Of a DNA stretch of 64,000 bases, positions 30,130 to 46,051 are shown one piece after another (the first letter of the stretch is position 1; every line of letters begins with the position of its first letter). Position numbers and translations under genes: made by a program. The stretch is from the human T2T-CHM13v2.0 reference genome, Homo sapiens. The stretch is taken from the NCBI GenBank assembly GCA_009914755.4, contig CP086569.2:2048001-2112000 (forward strand), read 5' to 3'. The notes under the pieces were generated by a model that saw only the letters and a program-made list of their open reading frames with translations, did not search any database and was not told the DNA's origin.

Positions 30130-31429
30130 AGGAAGCTAAATGAATCAGAAGATGCTGTTTGTGATTAAAGTTACACAATCATTATAGAAAATGAGGACAC
30201 CGTGCACCTTCCAAAGAGGATACACAGCACGTGTCTAGTCTGATCTCTCTTAGGATTTAGGATTACAGGGGTTCCACCATGGCATGTACGAGCTGCAAAA
30301 GAGAATGGGCCTGCCTTCAGTGCTTTTAAGAGTGTTTAACTGGTTATCTCTCCCCATCTGAGTTCATTTGAACACGGCTATGCCTTTCTGTGTTTGCTTT
30401 CATGGAGCCGCTGGGGTTTGATTTATTTATATTTGGAGGAGTTTCGGTAAGTGAATGAGACTATTTGTTCTAAGTAAGACAGCTTTCATCAGCACATAAT
30501 TACCCAGGAGCCACAAAGGTGTGGGCACAATGGCTAAGTGATGATAAGGAGTGAAAACGCTTCCCTGGAAAATCCCTAGCTTGGGAAATGAGCCATCTCG
30601 CCCAGATTCCTGAAAACAATCGCGCATTTATAATTCCGAGAGCTCAATTAGCCGTCCTTCTGTGGGCACGTAGCTTCCCATGCCCTGCCCAGCGTGGGAT
30701 CTCAGAGGAGCACGACTTCAAAGACAGAAAGTACAACAAAGTACGCAGGCCAGAGTATTAACCCAAGAACTAAGGAGAGAGAATTGAGAGCAGGAAAGGC
30801 AGGAGGGGAAAGCAGGCTAGACAGGCGCCCAGCATGTTGAAATAATTGTGTGACTGACACTCCACAGCAATCTGTGCTCCTGGAGTCAGGACGTGAGCCG
30901 ACTTGCTTAAAAATAAATCCACATGGCTGAACCGGGGTTACCCGATGCCGGGATCCCAGCAGAGCAAGAACGAAACAGCACATTCAGCTCCCTCTGTCCC
31001 TCGCTGGGCAACTGGAGGTTGTGGGGACAAGAATCAGAGTTCCAGCAGGTGCAGGCCAGTCCAGAGAGAAGCACAATTTAGAGCAAGGTTCGTACGGGTT
31101 TGGTGGAGGTGTGCCCAGGTCTCAGCTGAGGAGGGAAGGGATGCCTGTAGGAGCTGTGGTCGTCCATAAGATGTTGTGGGCAGCAGATACCACTCACAGG
31201 CAGAGGGCAGACCCTGCCGTGTGGCTGGACCACGGATCTGGGGGCTCCTGAGCCTGGAGGCAGACTCAGTCGAGGTAAAGGCTCAATGGCCACAGCCGAA
31301 ATGTCCCCACCCAGCTGGGCCTCAGCATCATCTATCAAGGACTGGAGAGTCCCCCAGCAGTGGACATACCAGGGCCACCACTGATGAATGTCCAAACCTG
31401 TTCAGATTTTAAACTTTTTTCTTTTAAAA

Positions 31430-32065
<636 letters not shown>

Positions 32066-32292
32066 CTTTTAAACAGCCACAGAAAGTGCAAACGATTCTT
32101 TTCTTCTTTTCTGTAAGATTGGCTTAAAGGCCATCGGTATTTATATGCCACAAGTAAACTAACATTTTTTAATGGTGGGGACAAATCATGTATTCGTCAT
32201 GCTACTTGTCCACAAAACACTGCACTTTAAAAACTGATGATCGAATATCCTACACAAACTTTTCCAAGAAAACAGCAATGATTTGTTATTGT

Positions 32293-32593
<301 letters not shown>

Positions 32594-33925
32594 TTATTGG
32601 TCAAAATTCATGTTGTCTAAATCTGAAACATTTTCAGAATCTAATAAAATTAAGTTGGTGATTATAAATCATTGTTTCTTGGCTGTCATTTTGGTTAGGT
32701 GGATCACATATGTGAATTTTGGGGAACTATATATAGTTTTTAAGCCGTTCAGATTAAAAGCAAAAAGTCATGAGAAAAGAATGCCTCACTTGTCAGTTTC
32801 CAGAAACTTCTCTTTGGGCTCCAGATTGATGGCTGAATGCCTTCAGGACAGCAGCAAGTGTACCATTTGAAGGTGCGTGGGGATCATTTAACGGCCTCAT
32901 AAGAATGCAGATTCCAGGGCCCCGCCCCCACCCCCAGAGGCCCCGATTCACAGATGGGCCCTGGGCACCTGCATTTCTTGTTTACTCCCCGGAAATGCTG
33001 ATGTGACAGGCCCGGAGAAGGCACTTTTGGATTCATTGTGTTAGAAAATGCCACTCCTTTGAAAACCTGCTGCAAATGAGGAAGGGCCAAGGTGGCAGGG
33101 AATAGGACCCCCTGTCACAGATGAAACAGGAATTTTAAAAAATTTAAAAATGTATAAGCAAAAACTCAGTTGTATGTAAGAAAACCCAGTTCTCCCTGAG
33201 GAAGAGAAAGAGTTGAAGTCCATTAAAAATTAACTGCCTGTTTTTCTGCGGCTAATAAGCCTTGTCTCTTCCTTTCCCAAGCATTATAAAAACTCTGCTT
33301 CTCTAGCTATACAGCTACAAAGTCACTAGGCAAATAATCTCAAATCATAAAACATATTATTCCTTAAAAAATAAAAAATAATATAATGCATGTGTCAATT
33401 AAACAACTGTCTTTGTTTCTCACTTCTATAATATACTTCCCCCTACACAGAGCTCCCCCCGCCCCAGAAAATACTTAAAAAATAACCAAACTCTTTGTTC
33501 AAAACTCGGTCCTTTAAATGTTAATCCGACGGGGTCGGTACAAATAAATAATTAAATAATTCCTCCTCAACCCCTCGGTGTCTCTAATTCCTTAATTATC
33601 CCTCTACACAGAAACCAATCCTTTTGCCCCAAGGCAGATCCTAATGAGGAGAAAAGATCTGGCCAGGCTGCTGCCACTCTGTGACACTGTACACTGGGCT
33701 TGGCTCTGGCTGAGCGGGAGCTCCTGTGGGAGTGTGTTCCTGAAAATCACAGGGATCCTGCAATGCCGGCTATGAAATTTCAACATACCCCAGCCCTTGG
33801 CAGAGGTAATAACAAGGTGTTTCACAGCAGCTTAGGGTAGAAAGGAGGAGATAGGGGCATAGGCAGTGACCAGGCTCAGCTCTGTGTAGCGTTCATTTCA
33901 CTCTCATGGCTTTAAAAAGAATCAA

Positions 33926-34574
<649 letters not shown>

Positions 34575-34731
34575 TCAAAACACCATCTCAAATTCAAACA
34601 GCCAAGGAAGGGATGTGCATTTAAAAAAAAAAAAAAACATAAGGTACCACACATAAACATGGCCGAGAAAAGCACTTAGCATTTGGATGGCCAACAGGTA
34701 TATGAAAAGGTGCTTATAGGAAAAGGTAGTC

Positions 34732-35458
<727 letters not shown>

Positions 35459-35899
35459 AGAATGATGATTTCTACAGTTAATTACAAGTGTTGGGGAGGG
35501 TGTAGAGAAAAGGGGGCCCTTGTACACCACTGGTGGGAATGTCAATTAGTACAGTCACTATGAAAAACAGTACAGAAGTTCCTCAAATCATTAAAAATAA
35601 AAGCACCACATAATTCAGCAATTCCACTGCTAGGCACAGACTCAAAGCAAATGAAATCAGTGTATCAAAGAGATGCCTGCATTCCTATGTGCATTGCAGC
35701 ACTATTCACAGGAGCCAAGATATGGAAACAACCTAGGTGTCCAACAACACACGAAAGGATAAAGAAAATATATATCTATACCTGATGGAATACTATGCAG
35801 CCATGAAAAAGGAGGAAATCCTATCTCCTGCAGCAACACAGATGGAACTGGAGGCCATTACCCTAAGGGACATAACTCAGAAACCGAAAGTCAAATACC

Positions 35900-36416
35900 A
35901 TTCTTCTTAGGTCGAGTCCAATTTGCTGGGTCCGACTCGCAGACTTTGGCTGAGCAACGGATGAACAAATGCACTCAGACACAGATTTCCAGTGAAAGCG
36001 TGGGCTAGGGGATGGGGCCACTCACAGACACTGAGGAGGGTGTTTTAAAGAGTCAGCAGCCACGGCTTTGACAAGCTGCTGCTGTGGGCCTTTATTTAGT
36101 ATACATTTAATGACAAAGGCCTTGAGTCAACACATTCGTGGGCAATTCATATGGTCGTCCCCCGCAACCCGGAGAGAGGGAGAGAGTAGTTCTGTGCGTG
36201 GATGATTAAAGGCCAGGTTCTGAGGCCTAAGCAAACTAACTTATCTAGATCAGTTTCTTTACATCCCCTCGTTATCTAACCTAAGCTTTCAGGCACTGGA
36301 TAAGAGAATCTGGCTGCCTTCAGCCAAATCTTATTCGGGAGCATTTGCAAAACCTTCTGGCCTCCCAAGAAGGTTTGCATCTTCTACAATTTTTCCTACC
36401 ACCCTGACCGACCTCC
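35900..36416. other. Unclassified 517-bp insertion inside the L1, flanked by 12-13 bp direct repeats (CCATTCTTCTTAG / ACATTCTTACTTA). It retains CpGs. See findings.
   Basis: The L1 sequence is collinear with its consensus on both sides: ...AGTCAAATACC | insert | (A)TTCTTACTTATAAGCAGGAGCTAAAT. The insert starts GTCGAGTCCAATTTGCTGGGTCCGACTCGCAGACTTTGGCTGAGCAACGGATGAAC and ends ...CCTACCACCCTGACCGACCTCCTA. It has no poly(A) and no recognisable SINE or LINE motif. I count about 12 CpGs. Confidence 0.4.
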
Positions 36417-36824
36417 TACATTCTTACTTATAAGCAGGAGCTAAATAATGTGTCCACATGGAAAGAGTGGAATAACAGAGACTGGAGACTCAGAAGGGTG
36501 GGAGGTGGAAGAGGAGCAAGGGATGAGAAATTACCTCTCGGGTACAATGTACGTGATTCAGGTGTTAGCTATACTAAAAGCCCAGACCTCACCACTACGC
36601 CATTCATCCATGTTAACAAAACTGTACTTGCACTCCCTACCTGTATACAAATGAAAAATAAAATAATAAATAAATAAAAGGACAGAGCATTGAGAATCTA
36701 GATGGATATTAGAAAGTTGTGTGCACACCTTCCTTAGTGTGAACAGACAGAAAGAGCACACCAGAATTTGGTCTAGCACCTGGTCGAAAATCTTAAGGGC
36801 AAGCATATTCCTGTTTGATTTATC

Positions 36825-37091
36825 TTTTTTTCTTTCTTTCTTTTTTTTTTTGAGACGGAGTCTTGCTCTCTCTCCCAGGCAGTCCCAGATTCAAGCGATT
36901 CTCCTGCCTCAGCCTCCTGGGTCATTGGGATTACAGGCACATGCCACCATGCCTGGCTAATTTTTGTATTTTTAGTAGAGATTGGGTTTCACCATGTTGG
37001 CCAGGCTGGTCTCCAACTCCTGACCTCGTGATCCACCCGCCTCAGCCTCCCAAAGTGCTGGGATTACAGGCGCGAGCCACTGCGCCCGGCC
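36825..37091 (-). mobile_element. Alu SINE (minus orientation) with an internal ~45-bp deletion and a 10-bp TSD
   Basis: TTTCTTTCTTTCTTTTTTTTTTTGAGACGGAGTCTTGCTCTCTCTCCCAGGC|AGTCCCAGATTCAAGCGATTCTCCTGCCTCAGCCTCCTGGGTCATTGGGATTACAGGCACATGCCACCATGCCTGGCTAATTTTTGTATTTTTAGTAGAGATTGGGTTTCACCATGTTGGCCAGGCTGGTCTCCAACTCCTGACCTCGTGATCCACCCGCCTCAGCCTCCCAAAGTGCTGGGATTACAGGCGCGAGCCACTGCGCCCGGCC. The TSD TGATTTATCT lies at 36815-36824 and 37092-37101. Confidence 0.85.
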
Positions 37092-37988
37092 TGATTTATC
37101 TTAAGTCAAGAACTCCCAACCAGCAGAGGCACCTCCTGGCATGTGCCCTGGAGGTCAACAGGAAAGGACAATGGCTCCTGTTCCCTGGGGAACACACATT
37201 TGAGTAAGAGTGCAAGCTACCAGCACATCTGCATGCCTTTCCTAGCAGATGTCAGAGCTGAGTGATGCTATCTTCGCCTTGCCTTGACCATCTCCTGCTC
37301 TAGGATGGGGCCAGAAATCCCCAAAAGAAGAGTGCAAAAATCAGAGCCATCTCTCCCAAATGCCACCTGGCACGTGACTGAAGCTCAGCCATGAACCACG
37401 CAAACGACCTGTCCCAAGGAAAAAAAAAAACAAAAAAAAGCCATTGGAGTATCTCTCGGTACCTTTGTCGTTCAAGGTTTCTTCTTTTATTTTGCTTACA
37501 ACTTGTTTGGCTTTGCTGTCATTATTTCCAGCTAAAAGGAAAAAGAAAAAAAAGATACGGTGACTTGTAGGATTATCCAGAAACTATTAACTGCAAAAAA
37601 AAAAAGAGGTTTTAAGAGAAGTATAACACAAATCTGAAATGTGCCTTTGATGGACTTTCCCTTTATCCTAGCGTCTAACTTGACAGCCATTTTGGCAGAC
37701 TAAAGCTATCCATTTAAGAGTCATTTTCTTTAGCCTGCATTGGCAAAAAGTACAAATGCATTTGACATTCTACTTTTCAATAGTGACAGGGACCCGGGGC
37801 ACCTGCTGGTGTAATTTGCACGTGAGAGCTGAGAATAGCATAAGCATAAAAAATGTGCATTAAAATGTCAGGATGGAAACGAATTTTCGAAGGAGCTTTT
37901 ATGCTGGAAACATCCCAGTGTGCACACACAGACTGCACGATGCACGTGATCACAGACCGTGGTTCCTACTACGTGCTCAGGATTTCTT

Positions 37989-38275
37989 TCTGTTTCTTTT
38001 TTTTAATTCTACTTTAAGTTCTGGGGCACATGTGCGGAATGTGCAGGTTGGTTACATAGGTATACACGTGCCATGGCAGTTTGCTGCACCCATCAACCCA
38101 TCATCTACATTAGGTATTTCTCCTAATGCTCTCCCTGCCCTGCCCCCTCAACCCCTCGACAGGCCCTGGTGTGGGATGTTCCCCTCCCTGTGTCCATGCG
38201 TTCTCATTGTTCAACTCCCACTTATGAAGGAGAACATGGGGTCTTTGGTTTTCTGTTCCTGCGTTAGTTGGCTGT
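37989..38275 (-). mobile_element. L1 LINE 3'-terminal fragment (about 290 bp, minus orientation) with a 16-bp TSD
   Basis: TCTGTTTCTTTTTTTTAATTCTACTTTAAGTTCTGGGGCACATGTGCGGAATGTGCAGGTTGGTTACATAGGTATACACGTGCCATGGCAGTTTGCTGCACCCATCAACCCATCATCTACATTAGGTATTTCTCCTAATGCTCTCCCTGCCCTGCCCCCTCAACCCCTCGACAGGCCCTGGTGTGGGATGTTCCCCTCCCTGTGTCCATGCGTTCTCATTGTTCAACTCCCACTTATGAAGGAGAACATGGGGTCTTTGGTTTTCTGTTCCTGCGTTAGTTGGCTG is the reverse complement of the L1 3' end. The TSD GTGCTCAGGATTTCTT lies at 37973-37988 and 38276-38291. Confidence 0.85.
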
Positions 38276-38424
38276 GTGCTCAGGATTTCTTACTCCTCTC
38301 ACTGCACTTCCGTAAAACTCTCCAAGTGAGGTTTCAGGAACACGCCTTTAGAAGGATGGAAAGAGGTGTTTTGCTTGTTATAGCTAAAATAAAGACTAGG
38401 AAATCCGGGGTGAAAGAATGTTAA

Positions 38425-38748
<324 letters not shown>

Positions 38749-39978
38749 TGGTTTCTTTAATGTCTTAGGAAGTGAACATGCGTTGAACAGGAGACTATAG
38801 TTTGATGTTGTCTTCGTCATTTTTTCAAATGTCTTTGACCCGGGAGGTTGGATTTTAAGGTGTTTCTGAAGGGGCGGCTCTTTAGGGGAAAGGAGTTTGG
38901 CAAATTTTTCCTCCTTCAGCCTCATCCTTCATTAACCTGTTGGCAACATGTGGGATTAGCTGCTTTCCAGGGTGAGCCAAGCCCAAAACTCCCTTTCAGG
39001 GAGGGTCACGGAAAAAGTGTTGAGAGAAGGGAGATGAGAACTAGCAGGGGAAGCGCACAGGCTTGAACAAGAACGTCTTGGGTGCCCGGAGAGCTTCAAA
39101 CAGCTGATCTGCAAGGAGCAGTTACCAAGGGGGTGGGGCCGGTCTATCTCCATCCTACCTGCACCCAGCCCGGGCCAGTGAGGTGTTCTGTAGTACAGCA
39201 CCGTCCCCGGGTCTCCATGAAAATACATTACCAAATAATCCCTCTCTTTGGCATTCCTGAATACTGAGTCAACACGGCGTATTGAATTTACACACTCTAA
39301 CACAAGGAAGAGACCATGCTGTTTGATATCCTATCATTGTATTCGGTATTCTTTCTTCTGTGTTAAGGCCATGGGCTCCCAAATTAACTATTAGAATGCA
39401 CTTTTCAAAAAACAATGAAAATGTTTTCAGCAAAGAGTGAAAAAATATATAAGAGAGGAGAAGCAGTGAAACTTATGAAGTTGGAAATGTTTTTGGCTCC
39501 AGTGGGAGACGGCTAAGATAAATAGTGCAAAGTCCATCCTTTGGGGCAGAGTAAATGGAATATCTAAATTGTCACTTCCTTGAAGGAATTCAAAGTTGCA
39601 GACATCAGAAGACTGAAGCTGCAAAGGTAATTTGCACCTTTGACTTCCTTAAAGAAACAGAACATGATACCATTATTACATTTTTGCTTTGACAGTCCTT
39701 TGGCACTGAGGAGGCAGCAGGCATTTCAGGGAGGTGGGTTTCGACGGGAGGGAGAGGAAGAAATAGCCTGAAAGGTATATTCCATCTATAAATGTCCTAT
39801 GCATCAAACACAAAACAAAAAAAGAAAGGATAAAAAAATTCAAAGTCAAGGTAACCTTTACACTGGGGACTTGTACATTCATGAGCTTATTTATGAAATC
39901 CCATGAACTTTTTAAATGTAAGCACTCATCCACTGCTGGGCTGCTCTGCCGTATCAGCCATCTCAAGATCAAAGGGTG

Positions 39979-40594
<616 letters not shown>

Positions 40595-40982
40595 TTATTT
40601 GGGAAGACCACCTTCATGGGCAGGCCATTTTCCATGGTGGCACCGTCAACGCTGGCATAGGACAGAAGCACCACACTGGAGGAATGGAGAAGGTGAGGTG
40701 GCACGTGCGGTATCTTCTTTGGCCAATGTCACCTTCAGCAATTGTCTCCTCAGACCTGGAGGGAGCTGCTTTAAGGAACTGGACGTGGGACATTTGGCCT
40801 CATATGCATTTGCTGGAGTGGTTCCTACATTTGCTGAGCAAGTACTGCATATGCAGAAACACCGCACACGTCCCAAACACAGTGCATCTGCCTTCTGCTT
40901 CATCCTTTGTATTTGGGGGGGCAGGGGAGGGCGTTACATGTTATATGTGCAATGGAAATTGGTATAGCCTTTATGGAAAACA

Positions 40983-41100
40983 GTGGAGATGGGGTTTCAC
41001 TATGTTGGCCAGGCTGGTCTTGAACGCCTGACCTCGGGTGACCCGTTTGCCTTTGCCTCCCAAAGTGCTGGGATGACAGACATGAGCCACCGCACCCGGC
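40983..41100 (-). mobile_element. Partial Alu (5' half in minus orientation). It is part of a ~255-bp dispersed duplicate of 38618-38880.
   Basis: GGAGATGGGGTTTCACTATGTTGGCCAGGCTGGTCTTGAACGCCTGACCTCGGGTGACCCGTTTGCCTTTGCCTCCCAAAGTGCTGGGATGACAGACATGAGCCACCGCACCCGGCC. Confidence 0.75.
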
Positions 41101-41244
41101 CTGGTTTTTTTCACATCTTAGGAAGTGAACGTGCTTGGACAGGAGACTATAGTTTGATGTTGTCGTCATTTTTTTCAAATGTCTTTGACCAGAAAGGTTG
41201 GATTTTAAGGTGTGTCTAAAGGGGTGGCCTTTTTTTTTTTAAGA

Positions 41245-41633
41245 GTTCCTCAAAAAATGATCATTATGCCTACCATAGGATCTAGCAATCTCACTCCTCT
41301 GTATAGATCCAAAGGAAATGAAATCAGCCCCTTATAGAGATATCTACACCCCCATGTTCGTTGCAGCATGATTCACAAGAGCCAAGATATGAAACCAACC
41401 TAAGTGTCCATCTAAGGATGGGTAGATAAATAAAATGTGGGATAGCTACACCATGGAATACCATTCAGTCTTTGAAAACCAGAGGACCCTATCCTGTGAT
41501 ACAACATGGATCAACCAGGAGTACATCATGTTAAGTAAAATAAGCCACATAAAACCAAATCCCACATGATCTCACCCATATGTAGAGTCTCCAGAAGTTG
41601 AACTCACAAGAAAAAGTATTATGATGATTATTG
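41245..41633 (+). mobile_element. Old L1 LINE fragment (L1M-like, end of ORF2)
   Basis: GATCATTATGCCTACCATAGGATCTAGCAATCTCACTCCTCTGTATAGATCCAAAGGAAATGAAATCAGCCCCTTATAGAGATATCTACACCCCCATGTTCGTTGCAGCATGATTCACAAGAGCCAAGATATGAAACCAACCTAAGTGTCCATCTAAGGATGGGTAGATAAATAAAATGTGGGATAGCTACACCATGGAATACCATTCAGTCTTTGAAAACCAGAGGACCCTATCCTGTGATACAACATGGATCAACCAGGAGTACATCATGTTAAGTAAAATAAGCCACA parallels the mammalian L1M ORF2 C-terminus. Confidence 0.5.
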
Positions 41634-41941
<308 letters not shown>

Positions 41942-42417
41942 TTATGGTGATTACCAGGTGCTAGGGGGGTGGGTTGCTGAGATTTTGTTCAAATGACACC
42001 AAATGTCAGTTTGACAGAAGGTATAAGTTCAAGAGATCTATTGTACTTAAGGTGACTAAATTAGTGACTTATAATCTTGAACCTGACTATAATTAGTCAC
42101 AGTGACTATAATTAATATTTGAAAATTGCAAAGAGAGTAGATTTTAAGTGTTTCCAAAAACACACACAAAAAGAAACATGTAAGGTAATGGATATGTGAA
42201 TTAGCTTGAATTGGCCATTCCAGATGGAAACATATATCAAAACCACATTTTGTACACCATAAAAATATGTAACTTGTTTTTGTCTATTAAAATAAGTAAA
42301 TAGATAATTAAATACAAGTTTAAATATTTTACACGTTTCACATGTACTATTCATGGACAATACAAAGTATATGTGGCACAAGTCATTTTTAAAAGACAGT
42401 TGCAATTTAGATAACCT

Positions 42418-45082
42418 AACCAACTAGACTTCCTGTGACCTACAAAACTAGATTTTATGATGACCAACGCAACTACACCTCATCATACTCTAACCCAACT
42501 AAATCTCATTAGGACCAACCAAAATACACCTCATCATAACTTAACCCAAATAGATCTGATTATACCCTAACCCAACTAGACCTCATCATGACCTAACCCA
42601 ACTAAATCTCATTATAACCTAGCCCAAATAAACCTCAACATGACCTAATACAAACAGGTATCTTTATGACCAACCCAAATACACCTCATCATAACTTAAC
42701 TGAATCTCATCACAACCAACGACACTAGACCTCATAACCTAACCAAACTAGACCTCATCATGACCTAATACAACTAGATCACATCATGACCAACTCAACT
42801 AGACCTCATCATGACCTGACACAGCTAAATCTCATTATAAACAAGCCCAACAAGAACTAATCATGACTGACTATGACTAGATTTCATCATGACCAACCCA
42901 ACTACCTCATCGTGACCTAACTAACTCTCATCATGACCAACCCAACTATACCTCATCATAACTTAACCCAACTTAACTACATCATAACCTAACTCAACAA
43001 GACTTCATTATGACCTAATACAACTACATCTCATCAAGGCCAACAAAACTAGTCCTCATCATGACCTAACAAAATCTCATCATGACCAACCCAAATAGAC
43101 CTCATCACAACCTTATCCAAGTAAATCTCCTCATACCCTAACCCAACTAGAACTCATCATGACCTAACCAAACTAGACTTCATCATAACCTAACCAAACT
43201 AGACCTCATCACGACCTAATACAACTATATCTCATCAAGACCAACCCAACTAGACCTTATCATGACCTAATTATATCTCATCATGACCATCCAACTAGAT
43301 CTCCTCATGACATAATCCAACAAGATTTCATCATAACCAAACCAACTAGACCTCATCATAACCTAACCCAACTAGGTCTCATCATGACCTAATACAACTA
43401 GATCCCATCATGAGCAACACAACTAGACTGCATCATAAACAAATTACATCTCATTATGACAACGAACTAGATCTTATCATAACCTAACACACCTGGGTCT
43501 CATCATGACCCAATACAAGTAGATCTCATCATGAACAACCTACCAGAGCTCATCATAGCCTAGGCCAACTAGATTTCATTATGACCTAATACAACTAATT
43601 CTCATAATGACCAATCCCACTAGACCTCATCATGACCTAACCAAACTGGACTTCATCATAACCTAACCCAACTAGACCTCATCATGACATGAGACAACTA
43701 GATCTCATCACGACCTACCCAACTAGAACTCATCACGACCTAACTAGATCACATCGTGACCAACCAAACAGATCCCATTACAACTTAATCCAACTAGATC
43801 TCATCATAACCTAATACAACTAGATCTCATCATGACCAATGCACTAGACCTCATCATATCCTACCACAACTAGATCTCATCATGACCTAATCCAACTAGA
43901 TCTCATCATAACCTAATACAACTAGATCTCATCATGACCAATGCACTAGACCTCATCATATCCTACCACAACTAGATCTCATCATGACCTAATACAACTA
44001 GATTTCATTATGACCACCGCATCTGGACCTCATCATAACCTAACTGGATCTCAACATGACCAACCAACTAGATCTCATCATAACCTAACCCAACTATAAC
44101 TCATCATGATCTAGTACAACTAGCTCTCATCATGACAAACTCAATGAGACCTCATCATAACTTACCCCAACTACATCACATCATGACCTAATACAACTAG
44201 ATCTCATCATGACCAACCAACTAGATATCATCGTAATATAATTCAATTAGATCTCATCATGACCTAATACAACTAGATCTCATAAAGACCAGCCCAACTA
44301 GACCTCATCATAACCTAACTCAATTAAATCTCCTCATACCCTAACCCAACTAGACCTCATCATGACCTAACCCAACTAAACCTCATCATAATCTAACCCA
44401 ACTAGACCTCATCATGACTGAATATGACTAGATCTCATCACAACCAACCCAAATAGACCTCATCATAACCTAATTAGATCTCATCATGACCAACCAACTA
44501 GATCGCATCATAACCTAACCCAACCAGATCTCATCATGACCAACCCAACTAGACCTCATAATAACTTCACCCAATTAGATCACATCATAACCTAATACAA
44601 CTAGATCTCCTCATGACCAATCTAACTAGACCTCATCAGAACCTAACTAGATCTCATCATGACCTAATACAACTAGTTCTCATCATGACCAACCCAACTA
44701 GACCTCATCATAACCTAACCCAACTAGATCTCATCAAGACCTAATACAATTAGTTCTCCTCATGACCAACCCAACCGGACCTCCTCATAACCTAACTAGA
44801 TCTCGTCATGACCAACCAACCAGATCTCATCACAACCTGACCCAACTAGATCTCGTCATGACCTAATACAACTTGATCTCATCCTGACCAACATAACTAG
44901 TCCTCATTATAGCCTAACTAAGTCTCATCATGACCAATCAACTAGACCTCATCAGAACCTTACCCAACTGGATCTCATCAGGATCTAATACAACTAGATC
45001 TCATCATGACCAACCCAAGTAGACTTCATCATAACCCAACTAAACTTCATTATAACCCAACTAGACCTCATCATTATCTACC
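42418..45082. repeat. Large minisatellite array, block 1: 25-27 bp unit (consensus about CTAGACCTCATCATGACCTAACCCAA), about 100 head-to-tail copies over about 2.66 kb
   Basis: Units such as CTAGAACTCATCATGACCTAACCAAA / CTAGACTTCATCATAACCTAACCAAA / CTAGACCTCATCACGACCTAATACAA recur without spacers from about 42418 to 45082. Two sub-variants alternate: ...ATGACCTAATACAA and ...ATGACCAACCCAA. Confidence 0.9.
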
Positions 45083-46051
45083 CTTCCTGAGGACTGTACA
45101 AGAGATTTCTTATATTGGAAAAAAGCAGTATAATTTCCTCTTACTAAATAAAAAGATTTTGAGCCCAAACCAGAGTCACCAATCTGCGGCTAAACCTGGC
45201 CTGCAGCTGGATATTGTACAAAAAGTTTTACAGCAACATAGACTTTCCTGTTGTTTTAAGTATTACCTATGGGTGGTTACTCACTACTAGGGCAGAGCTC
45301 ATAGTTATGAGAGAAACATATGAACACATTTATTATCTGTCTCTTTACAGAAAAAGTTTACCCACCCCACTTTCATCTTAGATGACAGTCCATTGAGCAT
45401 TATGAAAAAAAATGATCCCCCACCAAAATAATATTTTGAAACAATGAGAACTAAGATCTTGTGGACAGATGGGAATTTGAACAACTGATATATGTGTCTA
45501 GTAATATTAATGTGCTTCAGTTGGACCCAGGTTATAATCTGAATTATTTTACAAGTAATTGATTATTCTTTAAATATTAATAAATTTTTAATTAAAATTT
45601 TGAAGTTAAATATTCCCATCTCTTATTTTGTATTTAATATAAAATTCATTGTGTTCAATGACATTTTTTCATTAATTGACTTTGAATCAAACTGCCATAC
45701 AAAATGAAAAAATGCCTCTCTCAGAATATATCCAATTATCCTCAAAGTCACACAGGGGAAATAAGACTGCATAATTGATTGGATTGACCTGAAGGGTCAA
45801 AACTGTAACTCACAGTGAAAATTAAACACTGACATCAGGAGCTCTGTGGGATAGGAGACACAGGTAGGGTGCAGATGTGGTGTTTACTTTCTGTTTATCT
45901 CAAGAAAAAAGGCACATTGGTGCTGACATATACTGCTCCTGATGCTCAGTAAACATCATCTAAATGAAGTGGTAACACTTGAGATTCCCATGCACATGAA
46001 CCAGAAGCTTGCTCACATGTCTTCATTGCTTTGTGCCTACAAAGTCCTCAG

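Noticed and set aside
30840-31400. About 55% GC unique stretch with overlapping 76-105 aa ORFs on both strands
   Set aside because: There is no CpG enrichment, no recognisable protein similarity and mutually overlapping frames. It looks like ordinary unique intergenic or intronic DNA.
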